In this document: piece after piece, positions 38,193-47,661 of the stretch | Numbering within the stretch: position 1 is the first letter of the stretch | How the letters are laid out: every line of letters starts with the position of its first letter | Origin: an uncultured Gammaproteobacteria bacterium | GTDB lineage: Bacteria > Patescibacteriota > Microgenomatia > 2-02-FULL-39-11 | Assembly (NCBI GenBank): GCA_964544585.1 | Contig: CAZJBV010000001.1 | Span: forward strand, 119,717 to 183,716 | Length of the DNA: 64,000 nt | Direction: 5' to 3' | Made by a program: the position numbers and the translations under genes | Notes under the pieces: generated by a model | The model's database searches: none | Told to the model about the DNA's origin: nothing | The model's input: only the letters and a program-made list of their open reading frames with translations

Positions 38193-38384
38193 TTAGGACA
38201 ATTGTTTTTTTGTCAGTGTGAGAGGTAATTGAAGGGTGCCTTGGAATGTTAATGTAATACGACCTTTTTCTGGTTTGGCAAAAAGATTAACTTTGTCTCC
38301 AGCTTTTATCCCCATAACTCTGGTCACCCGGGATGGTATTACCACAGCCAGACTATGCCCTGCTCTTATAATTTTTTGCGTCAT
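38193..38384 (-). CDS. AbrB/MazE/SpoVT-family swapped-hairpin DNA-binding protein
   Basis: A 63-aa protein with the looped-hinge-helix pattern (IIRAGHSLAVVIPSRV...GIKAGDKV). Confidence 0.5.
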   Translation of the reverse strand: MTQKIIRAGHSLAVVIPSRVTRVMGIKAGDKVNLFAKPEKGRITLTFQGTLQLPLTLTKKQLS

Positions 38385-38467
38385 AAATTTATAAGGGTAT
38401 AGTTTGTAAGGGTATAGCGTCTAGTTTTTTATAACTATACCCTAAACGCTAATTTCTATACCCTTTT

Positions 38468-39043
38468 TTAGTGAATCAGTTCTTCTTCATCGCCTACAAT
38501 CATGAGTTTGGAACTGTTTAGTATACCCAAGATAAAAGGATCTTTTCTTTTTTTTCTAAACTCAAATTCGTCTTCGGTCATAACTGTATAGTTTATTTCT
38601 CCATTTCGCCTTCCCTCTTCGTGTCTGATCAATTGGGCTAATTCGGGGATGACTGCCTTTCCTACGACTAAAAGATCTACTTCATTTTGGGTCCGGGGTA
38701 AATTTCTGATAAATTTTCCTGAGAGACAGACGTATTTTAGTCTTCCTATCTTTACCCTATTTTTGAGAATACCTCCTCCAAGACCAGTCGTTTTGGCAGT
38801 GAGATAAAGCAGGTCAAAATGGAGGGGATAATCGCGGCGGAGGATATAAAATAGCCTATTGGCACGCCTGTCCTTTTGGAGGATACCTGCCTTTTCCAGA
38901 TGGAGAAGTTCACGTCTGACGGCATTTATTTCTTCGTCTACCCGTCTAACAATTTCTCGAACATGATACATTTGTCCAATATTTTGGAAAAAAAGCTGGA
39001 GTATTTTCACCCGGACTCTTGAGATAATTAGATCTTCTAACAT
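38468..39043 (-). CDS. wHTH transcriptional regulator-like protein
   Basis: An N-terminal winged-helix region (VREIVRRV..EINAVRRELLHLEKAGIL) with a C-terminal domain of unknown function. Confidence 0.4.
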   Translation of the reverse strand: MLEDLIISRVRVKILQLFFQNIGQMYHVREIVRRVDEEINAVRRELLHLEKAGILQKDRRANRLFYILRRDYPLHFDLLYLTAKTTGLGGGILKNRVKIGRLKYVCLSGKFIRNLPRTQNEVDLLVVGKAVIPELAQLIRHEEGRRNGEINYTVMTEDEFEFRKKRKDPFILGILNSSKLMIVGDEEELIH

Positions 39044-39077
39044 GATCCTCCTCCGGGCAGTCCCGATTAAATCGGGA

Positions 39078-40247
39078 TTAATATGTAACGTTTTCTTGGT
39101 CTGAAACTAATTCTATCCAGATAAGTCCTCGATCAAATGAGACTTCCTGACCTTTGGCGTCAAAAAACCTGGTCCTCGATATTCTTGACGGCTTTGACCA
39201 GGTGCCGACTATGGACTGGCCATCCTGAAAAATGATGGCTTTTCCCGAGCCAATTGTGGTATAGAGAAAATGGCCATTGGCATCGACGGGGCCTTGGAGC
39301 TTTGTAATTTGGGCGATGATATTTTTGGCCATGATATTTTCTTTCGACTCATGATCAGTGTGGACTACACCTCCGTTGTATCTGGTGTATGAGTCTGTTT
39401 TGGGATCAAATCTCCATTCGACGTCATACTTTGTATATCCAGGTGAAAAGACTATTTTTATATTGTTGACCTGGCCGAATTCAGAAGAATTGGCGTCGTC
39501 TTTAAATTTCCACTCGACAAAATTTTTATCCCAAGCAATACCATCTTCGTCTACATTGGTCCACTTCTTCTTTTCGGCAATTTTGTAGAGATTTTCGGAG
39601 AAACAGACCATTTGATGCTCGGTAGCAACGGGGTGGTCTAGCCTATCCGGATTTCTATAACAATCTGGAAAACCGATGCCGAATTCGTCCATGTCTTTGA
39701 TGCCATAGCGATCGATCTGGCCTAAGGCATCGGCGCGAGGATCGGTTGCCGCGGCATTGTCACCTAATCTGTTGGCTCCCCCGACATGATTGTAGAGGGC
39801 ATCGTATTCTGATACCCAATCAATAAAGTAGGTGCGGGCTGACCTCACCGGGGCGATGGGCATATTTTCAAAGGGAGTGTTGCAATAAAATACGCCCATA
39901 AAACGGGTAATCCAACCTTCGGCGAGAGCTTCGTAAACTATATCGGCGCGAGAAAGGGATGATTGGGGACGGGCATCTTCGCTATTTTCGATCATGACAG
40001 CAAGGGGCCGCCTTTTGTCATAGACGTCTGACTCTTTTTTGGTATATTTGGCGCCGTTGAGGGGACAGACCTGGTCGCGGGGGATTGAGGGGTCTACTTT
40101 GAACTTTGCTCTTTTCCCGGGAGTAGTTGAGATAGTAGTATCGACTGTCTCTGGGAATGTGCCTTTACTTCCTAAAACCGCATAAGTAATGCCGGTTGAA
40201 ATAAGATAAAGACCTAGATAAACGACGATGAGTAGTTTCTTATTCAT
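39078..40247 (-). CDS. DUF3048 (YerB-like) secreted protein
   Basis: A signal/TM segment and conserved DUF3048 blocks (PLAVMIEN, RPQSGL-like, RSARTYF). Confidence 0.55.
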   Translation of the reverse strand: MNKKLLIVVYLGLYLISTGITYAVLGSKGTFPETVDTTISTTPGKRAKFKVDPSIPRDQVCPLNGAKYTKKESDVYDKRRPLAVMIENSEDARPQSSLSRADIVYEALAEGWITRFMGVFYCNTPFENMPIAPVRSARTYFIDWVSEYDALYNHVGGANRLGDNAAATDPRADALGQIDRYGIKDMDEFGIGFPDCYRNPDRLDHPVATEHQMVCFSENLYKIAEKKKWTNVDEDGIAWDKNFVEWKFKDDANSSEFGQVNNIKIVFSPGYTKYDVEWRFDPKTDSYTRYNGGVVHTDHESKENIMAKNIIAQITKLQGPVDANGHFLYTTIGSGKAIIFQDGQSIVGTWSKPSRISRTRFFDAKGQEVSFDRGLIWIELVSDQENVTY

Positions 40248-40702
40248 TTTGTGCTTTTAATCGCCTCTATTTCTTCTTTTGATAATTCGTGATTTACTCC
40301 TTTTGACTGTTTAACATTTTTGGCATACCACCGGGTTATACCTCTGGTATGAAGAGAGGTAACTACAATACCTGTACCTTCTTCGTCGAGTAAAGCGATG
40401 ATAAAACTTTGATTTCCACCTGTATCACCAAAGGGATTGAAACGTAAAACGGATGCTTTCTTGATATGAAGCCTGGCATCCTTTTTTACTTTTTCAATTT
40501 CTTCTTTAATATTCCGGATTTCTTTTGCTGTAATTTCATTATTGGCTATTATCTCCTCCAGTAGAGACTCCAAATTAGTTTTGTTTGATCCTATTATGAG
40601 TCTTCTGTAATGATTTATTGTCTTATATAAAAAAAACCCTCCAATTATTAAGCTAATGGTTAGGGCTATTTCGCCCAAAAAAAGAATTTCGATATTTCCC
40701 AC
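40244..40702 (-). CDS. DUF4446 family membrane-anchored protein
   Basis: An N-terminal TM segment, a coiled segment, then RFNPFGDTGGNQSFIIALLDEEGTGIVVTSLHTR. Confidence 0.55.
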   Translation of the reverse strand: MGNIEILFLGEIALTISLIIGGFFLYKTINHYRRLIIGSNKTNLESLLEEIIANNEITAKEIRNIKEEIEKVKKDARLHIKKASVLRFNPFGDTGGNQSFIIALLDEEGTGIVVTSLHTRGITRWYAKNVKQSKGVNHELSKEEIEAIKSTK

Positions 40703-40781
40703 ATTTTTTGAGTAAACTATGTATACACATTGTAGAAACTTTACAAGGTAGTGTCAATATGATAATAGTGAGAAATATCCT

Positions 40782-41036
40782 ATGCCTAGGAAAACAAAAA
40801 AGAAAAAGATGCTTGCCGAAAAGCATCGATTGAGTCAAAGAGAAGATTTCACATTTCAATACACTCCAGTCAAAAGTCGAAGTTCACCAGCAGATATAAC
40901 TTATTCGGAGGCGCCGAAACAAGAATTGGCCGGTCAGTATGATTATGTTGGTCGTGACTTATTTAAGATTGTTATTTTTGCTTTGCTTGCATTTAGCTTC
41001 CAAGTTGTGCTAGTATTTCTCTTACGCACGAAATGA
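40782..41036 (+). CDS. hypothetical small membrane protein
   Basis: A basic N-terminus and one C-terminal TM segment. Confidence 0.3.
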   Translation: MPRKTKKKKMLAEKHRLSQREDFTFQYTPVKSRSSPADITYSEAPKQELAGQYDYVGRDLFKIVIFALLAFSFQVVLVFLLRTK

Positions 41037-41191
41037 AGCTGAATATGATTAAATGTTTCTGTCCGCCGGATCTTACTTCTCGCCTTTGCAGTTCTATTCG
41101 AACACGGCTCGAAGAGCGATCCATGGCGGATGCAAGAAACAGTATCCCGATAATTAATCGGGACTGTTTCTAGCAAAGGGGGTGATTATAA

Positions 41192-41335
41192 ATGGCAACG
41201 ATGTATTGTGTGAAATGCCGCGCAAAGCGAGATGATCCGAATGCAGTCAAGGTAACGATGAAAAATGGAAAACCAGCGATGAAAGGAAAGTGTCCAGTCT
41301 GCGGAACTGGAATGTATAAAATTGGAGCCGCATAA
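41192..41335 (+). CDS. small zinc-ribbon protein (47 aa; DUF5679-like), missed by the ORF track
   Basis: A strong SD (aaagggggtga) precedes MATMYCVKCRAKRD...GKCPVCGTGMYKIGAA, with two CxxC pairs. It is followed by a perfect terminator hairpin. Confidence 0.55.
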   Translation: MATMYCVKCRAKRDDPNAVKVTMKNGKPAMKGKCPVCGTGMYKIGAA

Positions 41336-41382
41336 AAGTATTAGTTAAATTAGACTAATTAGACTAATTAGTTTTGAAATTT

Positions 41383-41407
41383 AAACCCCCGATTTAATCG
41401 GGGGTTT
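41383..41407. terminator. bidirectional terminator hairpin aaacccccgatttaatcgggggttt
   Basis: A perfect 10-bp GC-rich stem with A/T tracts on both sides, lying between convergent genes. It contains the recurring CCCGAT-N-ATCGGG core. Confidence 0.65.
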
Positions 41408-41438
41408 TGGCATATATTAGGGTATAGTTAGTCAGCAT

Positions 41439-43373
41439 CTAGCGTCTAGTTTTCAGAAACTCTAAAATGGATCTTTTTTTCTCGTCAAAGAGGGCATCGA
41501 TATAAGAGAGAAGATTGGCAGGATTTAAAAGGCAGCTTTTTATATTATATTGGCAGTCGGGGGCGAAGAAAATGGGAATATTTTTGGCGAGAATCTTTCC
41601 GTCGAGACTAATATAAATTTCTGTGTTTATACTTTTATCGGAACTAATGTCGATAAACCAAGGAGAAATTCTATAGGAATAATCGGTTGGGTAAGAAAAA
41701 TTTTGGAAAGATAAACCATTTCCTTTAATGTCTACTTTTTCCACTTGAGTTGCGCGACTAAATTTATTTCTAGGGAGGATAAAAATTCGGATTGGGTTTC
41801 TTCCGGCTATGGCTTTGGTATTATTCCAATAGACTATAGTTTTTTTGGGATCCATTTCTAATGGGCTTTTGTCAGGCTGGAAAAGAAAATCGAGATTTGA
41901 CAAAAGGTTTTGGTTTTTTATTCCCGGAATAAGTTCAAAAGAATCTTTTTTATCTAGTATTTGCAAAAAAGGAATTTCGTTTCCATTTATATCCCATCCC
42001 ATTTCGATGTATCCACTGGTTGGATTGAGGAAGAGTTTAGGGTGCCTAGGAAATGATAGAGTTACTTTCTTTCGTTTCTTCAAAAGATCGGCAAATAACA
42101 TGCCATTTGTGAATGAAGGATTTCTGCTTTTAGCAATTGTGATCGAATGGGGTCCGAAATGGACTTTAGTGTCGATGTTTGTTTTGTCTAATGAAATGCC
42201 GAAATTGAATTGGGAATTATCTAAAATATAGGGAACAATCCAGTAGGCAAAATCTAATCTTGCTGGATTTTCTTTGTATGGATCGTTTAGATTGGCATAA
42301 ATGCGTAGATCATCGAGGATCCAGTGATCTTCTTTTTTTATGACTCTTGCCCTATATGTTTTGCTAAAGTACCAGAAGACGGAGTTATTTTCCAAAGTTC
42401 TAGACGGGTTTTGGCTGTTTTGAAATTGAAAAATCTCGATAAACTTGCTGATGGGGAGGATGGCAATTTTTTCTTTTTCCCTCAGATCTTTCAAGTAGTT
42501 GAGTTGTCTCATATACTCTTTACCATAGTCATCCCAGGAAAAAGAGTTTTCGAAACCTATTAGTCCAAATCCATCATTCTGTTTTACTATCTCTTTGACA
42601 AGCTTCTCAAAATAGTTTTTTTCTGCTTTTGGATTTGAGAGGTAGTCATTTGGTTGAGAAGTAAAATAGGCTTTGGACGAACCATAATTTTTGAGAATAT
42701 CGGAAATGGTTTGACGAACAATAATAATATCCAGTTTATCTTCATCATAACCCGGGAGGAGAGGATGATTTTTAGATGGATAATAGGGTAAATTGAACAT
42801 TCCGCCATATAAGGTATAAGAATCTGTCTCGTATTGTTCCTTTGTAAGCTCGTGAAGATTTACTCCGTAAATGTCGTGGATATAATTTAGTGACCAAGCA
42901 TCTATCATCCAAGCAACTGTAAATTCTGGATATGTGCCAAAAATATTTTTATACTTAGTAAAAAGTGTATCGATGAGTTTTTTTCTTTCTTCGATCGTGT
43001 ATCCAATAAGAAATGTATTTTTGGCACTATTCCAATTGCTACCATCGGGAAAGCCTTTGTAATCCACACCACTTGCTGACGCGAGAGAGGGAGTAATTTC
43101 AAGAAGTAGACCGAGTTCGTCATCTTTGATGGGAGAAATATATCTTTCATTTAAAGCGTCGAAGCGGAGGGCCCAGGCTGTGGGAAGAGTCTGAATTTCT
43201 TTATCCTTTGATATGGTTTTTAATATATCAGTACTTCCATTTTGACAGCATGATTCGTCACCCCTAACCTGATTGATGATAAGAAAAGTGGGTTCTTTGG
43301 AAAGTGCGGGTTTAGCGAAAATAAATAATAGAATGATGAAAAGTCCTATTTTTTTTAGAAAATTTAATACCAT
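41439..43373 (-). CDS. large secreted hypothetical protein
   Basis: A signal peptide and a 644-aa soluble protein with no firmly recognisable motif. Confidence 0.4.
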   Translation of the reverse strand: MVLNFLKKIGLFIILLFIFAKPALSKEPTFLIINQVRGDESCCQNGSTDILKTISKDKEIQTLPTAWALRFDALNERYISPIKDDELGLLLEITPSLASASGVDYKGFPDGSNWNSAKNTFLIGYTIEERKKLIDTLFTKYKNIFGTYPEFTVAWMIDAWSLNYIHDIYGVNLHELTKEQYETDSYTLYGGMFNLPYYPSKNHPLLPGYDEDKLDIIIVRQTISDILKNYGSSKAYFTSQPNDYLSNPKAEKNYFEKLVKEIVKQNDGFGLIGFENSFSWDDYGKEYMRQLNYLKDLREKEKIAILPISKFIEIFQFQNSQNPSRTLENNSVFWYFSKTYRARVIKKEDHWILDDLRIYANLNDPYKENPARLDFAYWIVPYILDNSQFNFGISLDKTNIDTKVHFGPHSITIAKSRNPSFTNGMLFADLLKKRKKVTLSFPRHPKLFLNPTSGYIEMGWDINGNEIPFLQILDKKDSFELIPGIKNQNLLSNLDFLFQPDKSPLEMDPKKTIVYWNNTKAIAGRNPIRIFILPRNKFSRATQVEKVDIKGNGLSFQNFSYPTDYSYRISPWFIDISSDKSINTEIYISLDGKILAKNIPIFFAPDCQYNIKSCLLNPANLLSYIDALFDEKKRSILEFLKTRR

Positions 43374-45004
43374 GCGTAAATTGTGACTGCATCGTTTTGA
43401 TAGACGGGTTTTAAAAAGGGATAAAATTCTGCGAGATTTTTGTTGCTAGCCCTTTCCCTCTCCTGTGGCCCAAAGAAGATATAACGAATACGTCCTGTAC
43501 GTAAAAACACTTGCGCTTCATTCCATGTCATGAGGCCAGTAAAAAATTTTTGTACTAGAGCATATTTTCTATCGTAGTCGTATGTGTTAACCTGACCAAA
43601 ATAGACTGTATTTCCGGCGTAGGCTGGGATATGATTTCCAGCCGAAATTTCGGCTACTATGACGTCGTCTCGGCGGGTGTTTTCACGTAAAAATCTCATT
43701 GCATCCATCCATTTTTTGAGGGGATGAACTGTTTGGGGTGGGTAGGCCACTGGGGGAATATTGGCGCGGGCTCGAGCGACATTGAATATATATTGCCAAT
43801 CCCAACTTAATTTCAAAATAAATAAATTTTCGATAAAATAAAGGATGAGAAATAGATAGATAATCGTTTTTGGAAAAATTTTTAACGATTGAAAGATTGC
43901 ATAATAACCTAAAATGCCTAATGGAATATGAATGCCCCCTTGGGTAAATCGGAGCGGGCTTTGTTCTTTATAATGAGTAAAAACTATAGAGTAGAAAAAT
44001 GAAACTACGATCCAAAGGATAAAAGGAGTCATTTTTTTGTCTTTTTGAAAAAGAGATACTATGATCCCGATAAACGCAAGGATGACAACTGGGCCAAGAG
44101 CCAGCAAATATTCGGTAAAGGGAATGAGCATATGATTTATTCTGTGGACATGGACGAGGGCAATCCAGGGGATTTGGCGGGTCAAATCCCAGATATAAAT
44201 TTGAGAGAGAAGGCTGACCAGCACAAAGAAAATGAGATATAAATGAGGATATAAATTTCGTGTTTTGATAATTTTTATAATGGCAAAAAGAATGATGACC
44301 GAATTAAGAGTGATAAGACTGGGGGGGAAAATTAGGCCTAAAATATTTCCAACTATTGCATAAATTAATATGTCTTTTGACGTCACGATCCAATTTTTTT
44401 TGAGAAGAAAATAAAAAACTAGAAATGAGACTATCTGGCCAAAAAGGATATGGGGGATAAAGGCAATTCTTTGGAGGCTATCGATATTTGACCACCATTC
44501 CATGTATCTTTGGACAATTAATTGCCCTCCTTCGCCTGTGGTAAATTTTGGAAAACTGCTCGAAACAACAATTGTTATAAATCCAATAATTTGCCAGAGA
44601 CTATTTTTAAATACATGAGTTGTAAGAAGGAAAATAACAAGTAGAAGAATTGGGGTGAGCATAAGTCTACCGAGCTGGTAGGAAAAATTGGGATCAAGGC
44701 CAATAATCTTTCCTATCATTCCTAAAATTGAATAAAAGATTTGGATGAGAGACCCTGAATGGGGTTCGCTTGAATAGAGTTCTTTGGGAAATAGTTTGCC
44801 TTCCTGTCCCTGGCGTATTTTTGAAAGATACAAATTGAAATCTGGCCAGTAATAGTTGTGTTCCAATATGAACTCCCGATTTTGATCGTAGAGTTTATTT
44901 GATAAAGATAGATCATGAATGGTGGGCAGAAATGAGAGGAAAGTAAAAAGAAAAATTAGAAAAGAAATAATGTGGAGTTTGTATTTTGCAAGAATCATTG
45001 ACAT
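43364..45004 (-). CDS. polytopic membrane protein (possible GT-C-like glycosyltransferase)
   Basis: At least 10 TM helices followed by a C-terminal soluble domain. The ORF's N-terminal 96 codons overlap rnpB and are trimmed to MSMILAKY. Confidence 0.4.
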   Translation of the reverse strand: MSMILAKYKLHIISFLIFLFTFLSFLPTIHDLSLSNKLYDQNREFILEHNYYWPDFNLYLSKIRQGQEGKLFPKELYSSEPHSGSLIQIFYSILGMIGKIIGLDPNFSYQLGRLMLTPILLLVIFLLTTHVFKNSLWQIIGFITIVVSSSFPKFTTGEGGQLIVQRYMEWWSNIDSLQRIAFIPHILFGQIVSFLVFYFLLKKNWIVTSKDILIYAIVGNILGLIFPPSLITLNSVIILFAIIKIIKTRNLYPHLYLIFFVLVSLLSQIYIWDLTRQIPWIALVHVHRINHMLIPFTEYLLALGPVVILAFIGIIVSLFQKDKKMTPFILWIVVSFFYSIVFTHYKEQSPLRFTQGGIHIPLGILGYYAIFQSLKIFPKTIIYLFLILYFIENLFILKLSWDWQYIFNVARARANIPPVAYPPQTVHPLKKWMDAMRFLRENTRRDDVIVAEISAGNHIPAYAGNTVYFGQVNTYDYDRKYALVQKFFTGLMTWNEAQVFLRTGRIRYIFFGPQERERASNKNLAEFYPFLKPVYQNDAVTIYAWY

Positions 45005-45048
45005 TATTATACAGCGAAATTTTAGAAAAAATGGTATAATATACTTAT

Positions 45049-45493
45049 CCTGCGGAGGCCGGATGACTGGGGGGTACCAGACGGTACCCTCAGGAAAGTC
45101 CAGACTGCTGTAGACAGAGGAATCGCGGCAACGCGTTATCCCGATTAAATTGGGACTGGTGCTTCGACGCCGAAAGGAGTCGGGGACGATTCCGGAATTG
45201 ACCGGATGAGAGAGCCACAGAGACGAGCAGTTATCTAAACCGCAAGGCATGATAGCTGGGTGAAACGAGGGAACGTAAAATTTGCTTCGCAAATTAACGT
45301 TCCTGTTGGCAATCCCACTTGCAGCAATCTCCGATTAGATCGACAAAGACTGATGTCTTCCAGATCCGCCAGTAGGCGGACAGGGATCTAAAGATTGAGA
45401 GCATCCCGCTCAGCGGGACGACAGGATGACTTTTATCATCAGTCGAGAGAAATGGTCATTTAAACAGAATCTGGCTTATGAGCCTCTGCAGGA
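45049..45493 (+). ncRNA. rnpB: RNase P RNA (bacterial type A)
   Basis: GGAAAGTCCAGAC (P4 5' strand), GGGTGAAACG and ACAGAATCTGGCTTATGAGCC (P4 3' strand) are conserved. The P1 helix pairs cctgcggaggc with gcctctgcagg. An extended -10 (TGgTATAAT) lies at 45032-45040, and a terminator hairpin follows. Confidence 0.85.
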
Positions 45494-45502
45494 TTAAATA
45501 GT

Positions 45503-45519
45503 TCCCCCGCTAAGCGGGG
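45503..45519. terminator. terminator hairpin cccccgctaagcggggg
   Basis: A perfect 7-bp GC stem followed by ATTATTTTT. It serves rnpB (+) and abuts the convergent AI-2E gene. Confidence 0.65.
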
Positions 45520-45521
45520 GA

Positions 45522-46502
45522 TTATTTTTGAGGGTGAGTTCGTGACTTGAGATATTGGGAAAATGCTGTTTCGACGGTGACGAGAATCGGGATGGAAAGA
45601 AGTGCACCTCCGATACCTGATATTTTTGCTCCTGCCATTAAAGCTATAATTGTGACAAGAGGAGGCAGACCCACTGCTTTTTTCATTACAAAGGGGACGA
45701 CCAGATTTGCTTCCAACTGCTGAATTAAGATATATGCTCCTGTGGTGATGAGTGCGTGAAAAGGAGAGATAGTGAAAGCAACCAAAATTCCCGGAATTGC
45801 GGCAATAATGGGGCCTATAATTGGGACAATTTCCAGAAGACCAGCAAGAAGAGCCAAGGGTAATGCGTAGGGGATTTTCAAGGCAAATAAAGCAATGTAA
45901 GTTACTACTCCGATGGTTACGGCTAAAATAAATTGTCCTCTGACCCATGCTCCAAGTCTCTCTTCGATTTTTGAAAGGACTTTGACGAAGGGATCTGCGC
46001 TTTCTTCACCCATGAATTGATCAAGATGATTTTTGAGTCTCCCCCGTTCTATGGTTAAATAAAAGGCGATAACGAAGATAGTAAATACCGCGAGAATATT
46101 GTTGAACAATCCTACTGTAACTCTAATGGCGTTTTCTCCTATAGAAGTAATCTGTTGTGTCATAATCTGTTGATCAACTTTTATAAAGGGTATGACTTGA
46201 TTTAAGAATCCAGGAAGTCTTTCGATAAGATGAGCAGATTGAACAACAAATGGAGGAAGGAGGGTGGTAACTGCAAGAGCTAGAATCCCAATTATTAGGA
46301 TATACATGATCATGACTGATAAAGCTCTCGGGACACGAAATTTTTCGAGACTTTCTGCCCAGGGTTTTAAGGCTGACATAAGAATAAAAGAGACAAATAT
46401 CCAAGAAATAATTTCTCTTACCTGATATAAAAACCAGAGAAGTAGTAGAAAAGCAACGATAAAGACTATTGTTTTATATGAAACTTCTACTTTAGTAGGC
46501 AT
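45522..46502 (-). CDS. AI-2E family transporter (PerM-like)
   Basis: An eight-TM protein with the pattern conserved in the AI-2E family. Confidence 0.75.
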   Translation of the reverse strand: MPTKVEVSYKTIVFIVAFLLLLWFLYQVREIISWIFVSFILMSALKPWAESLEKFRVPRALSVMIMYILIIGILALAVTTLLPPFVVQSAHLIERLPGFLNQVIPFIKVDQQIMTQQITSIGENAIRVTVGLFNNILAVFTIFVIAFYLTIERGRLKNHLDQFMGEESADPFVKVLSKIEERLGAWVRGQFILAVTIGVVTYIALFALKIPYALPLALLAGLLEIVPIIGPIIAAIPGILVAFTISPFHALITTGAYILIQQLEANLVVPFVMKKAVGLPPLVTIIALMAGAKISGIGGALLSIPILVTVETAFSQYLKSRTHPQK

Positions 46503-46503
46503 T

Positions 46504-47397
46504 TTATGGAGTATACCATTTTAGAACCATGGCTTCTATTTTGGCAATAAAATCTGAATTTTCGATATCAAACCAATTAATATCTTTTTCTTTTTTAAAC
46601 CAGGTTATTTGGCGCTTGGCATATTGATACTCGGCAAGATTCCATTTTTTTATCGCCTCGGGCAAAGATTCTTTCCCGTCGATATATTCTTTTAATTGTC
46701 TAATACCAGTAGAGGTGATTGCGGGGAGATTTGGATTTTTATATTTTTTCAAAATATTTTTTGCTTCTTCCAATGCACCCATTTTCAGGCGTTTATTTAC
46801 TCTTTGATCAATTTTTTTATTTATATATTCCTTGGATGCAGTAAGTCCAATTATGAGGGTGTCAAACTTCAGGAATTTTATACCCTGCCTCTTTTCTTTT
46901 GATAGTGCAATTTCGATGGCTCGGATGAGTCTCCTTGGATTGTTTTTGTCGGAATGATTTGCTTTTTTCCACCAATCAGGATTTAATTGACTAACTTTAC
47001 GCTGCAGCGAATATTTAGTCAATGATTCAAGTTGTTGTCTTAATTTTTTATCGGGAGGAATATTGATATCTTCGAGGGGTTTTAAAATGGAACGGACATA
47101 TAATCCTGTTCCGCCGACGATAATGGGCAATTTGCCGCTTCTTGAGACGTTGTTTACAGCTTTTAGCGTTAAAGTACGATACTCGCCGACGTTGAAGATA
47201 TAATCCGGCTCGGCAACATCAATAAGATGAATTGGGATATCTTTGGGCACGTCCTTTCCTGTAATAATATCAATTCCCTTATACACATGGCGGCTGTCGG
47301 CGGAAATGATTTCACCGTCAAATTTTTTAGCTAAATGCTCGCCTAGAGCTGTTTTGCCAGTTGCTGTCGGGCCGCAGATAATTAAGAGCTTGTTCAC
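46504..47397 (-). CDS. miaA: tRNA dimethylallyltransferase
   Basis: Has the P-loop GPTATGKT and the ISADSRHVYKG motif. Confidence 0.85.
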   Translation of the reverse strand: MNKLLIICGPTATGKTALGEHLAKKFDGEIISADSRHVYKGIDIITGKDVPKDIPIHLIDVAEPDYIFNVGEYRTLTLKAVNNVSRSGKLPIIVGGTGLYVRSILKPLEDINIPPDKKLRQQLESLTKYSLQRKVSQLNPDWWKKANHSDKNNPRRLIRAIEIALSKEKRQGIKFLKFDTLIIGLTASKEYINKKIDQRVNKRLKMGALEEAKNILKKYKNPNLPAITSTGIRQLKEYIDGKESLPEAIKKWNLAEYQYAKRQITWFKKEKDINWFDIENSDFIAKIEAMVLKWYTP

Positions 47398-47585
47398 TTG
47401 GCGTAACTTTCGAGGAACCCGCAGGATTTGCAGCGATAACTGGTTACTGATTTTTTATTTTCAATAGTTCCCCAAAATCTGTCGATTTCTGTTCCCCATT
47501 TAGTGCTTCCACCTCCACCTTTTGTGAATTCAATAAGTATACCTTCTTCCATTTCTCCTTGGCATTTGGGACATTTATTGTTCAT
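47394..47585 (-). CDS. small zinc-ribbon protein
   Basis: CPKC...CKSC cysteine pairs. It overlaps the miaA start by 4 nt. Confidence 0.4.
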   Translation of the reverse strand: MNNKCPKCQGEMEEGILIEFTKGGGGSTKWGTEIDRFWGTIENKKSVTSYRCKSCGFLESYAK

Positions 47586-47661
47586 AAAAGTTTTTCTTGC
47601 TCCCTACACCGTCCGAGGAGTCCCTTCGGGCCACCTCGGAGGTGTCTTTGGGCTAATTATA

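Noticed and set aside
45460-45948. 162-aa ORF on the minus strand overlapping rnpB and the AI-2E transporter gene
   Set aside because: It lies antisense within a well-supported membrane transporter ORF and across RNase P RNA. Its Ser/Arg/Cys-rich composition is typical of out-of-frame translation.
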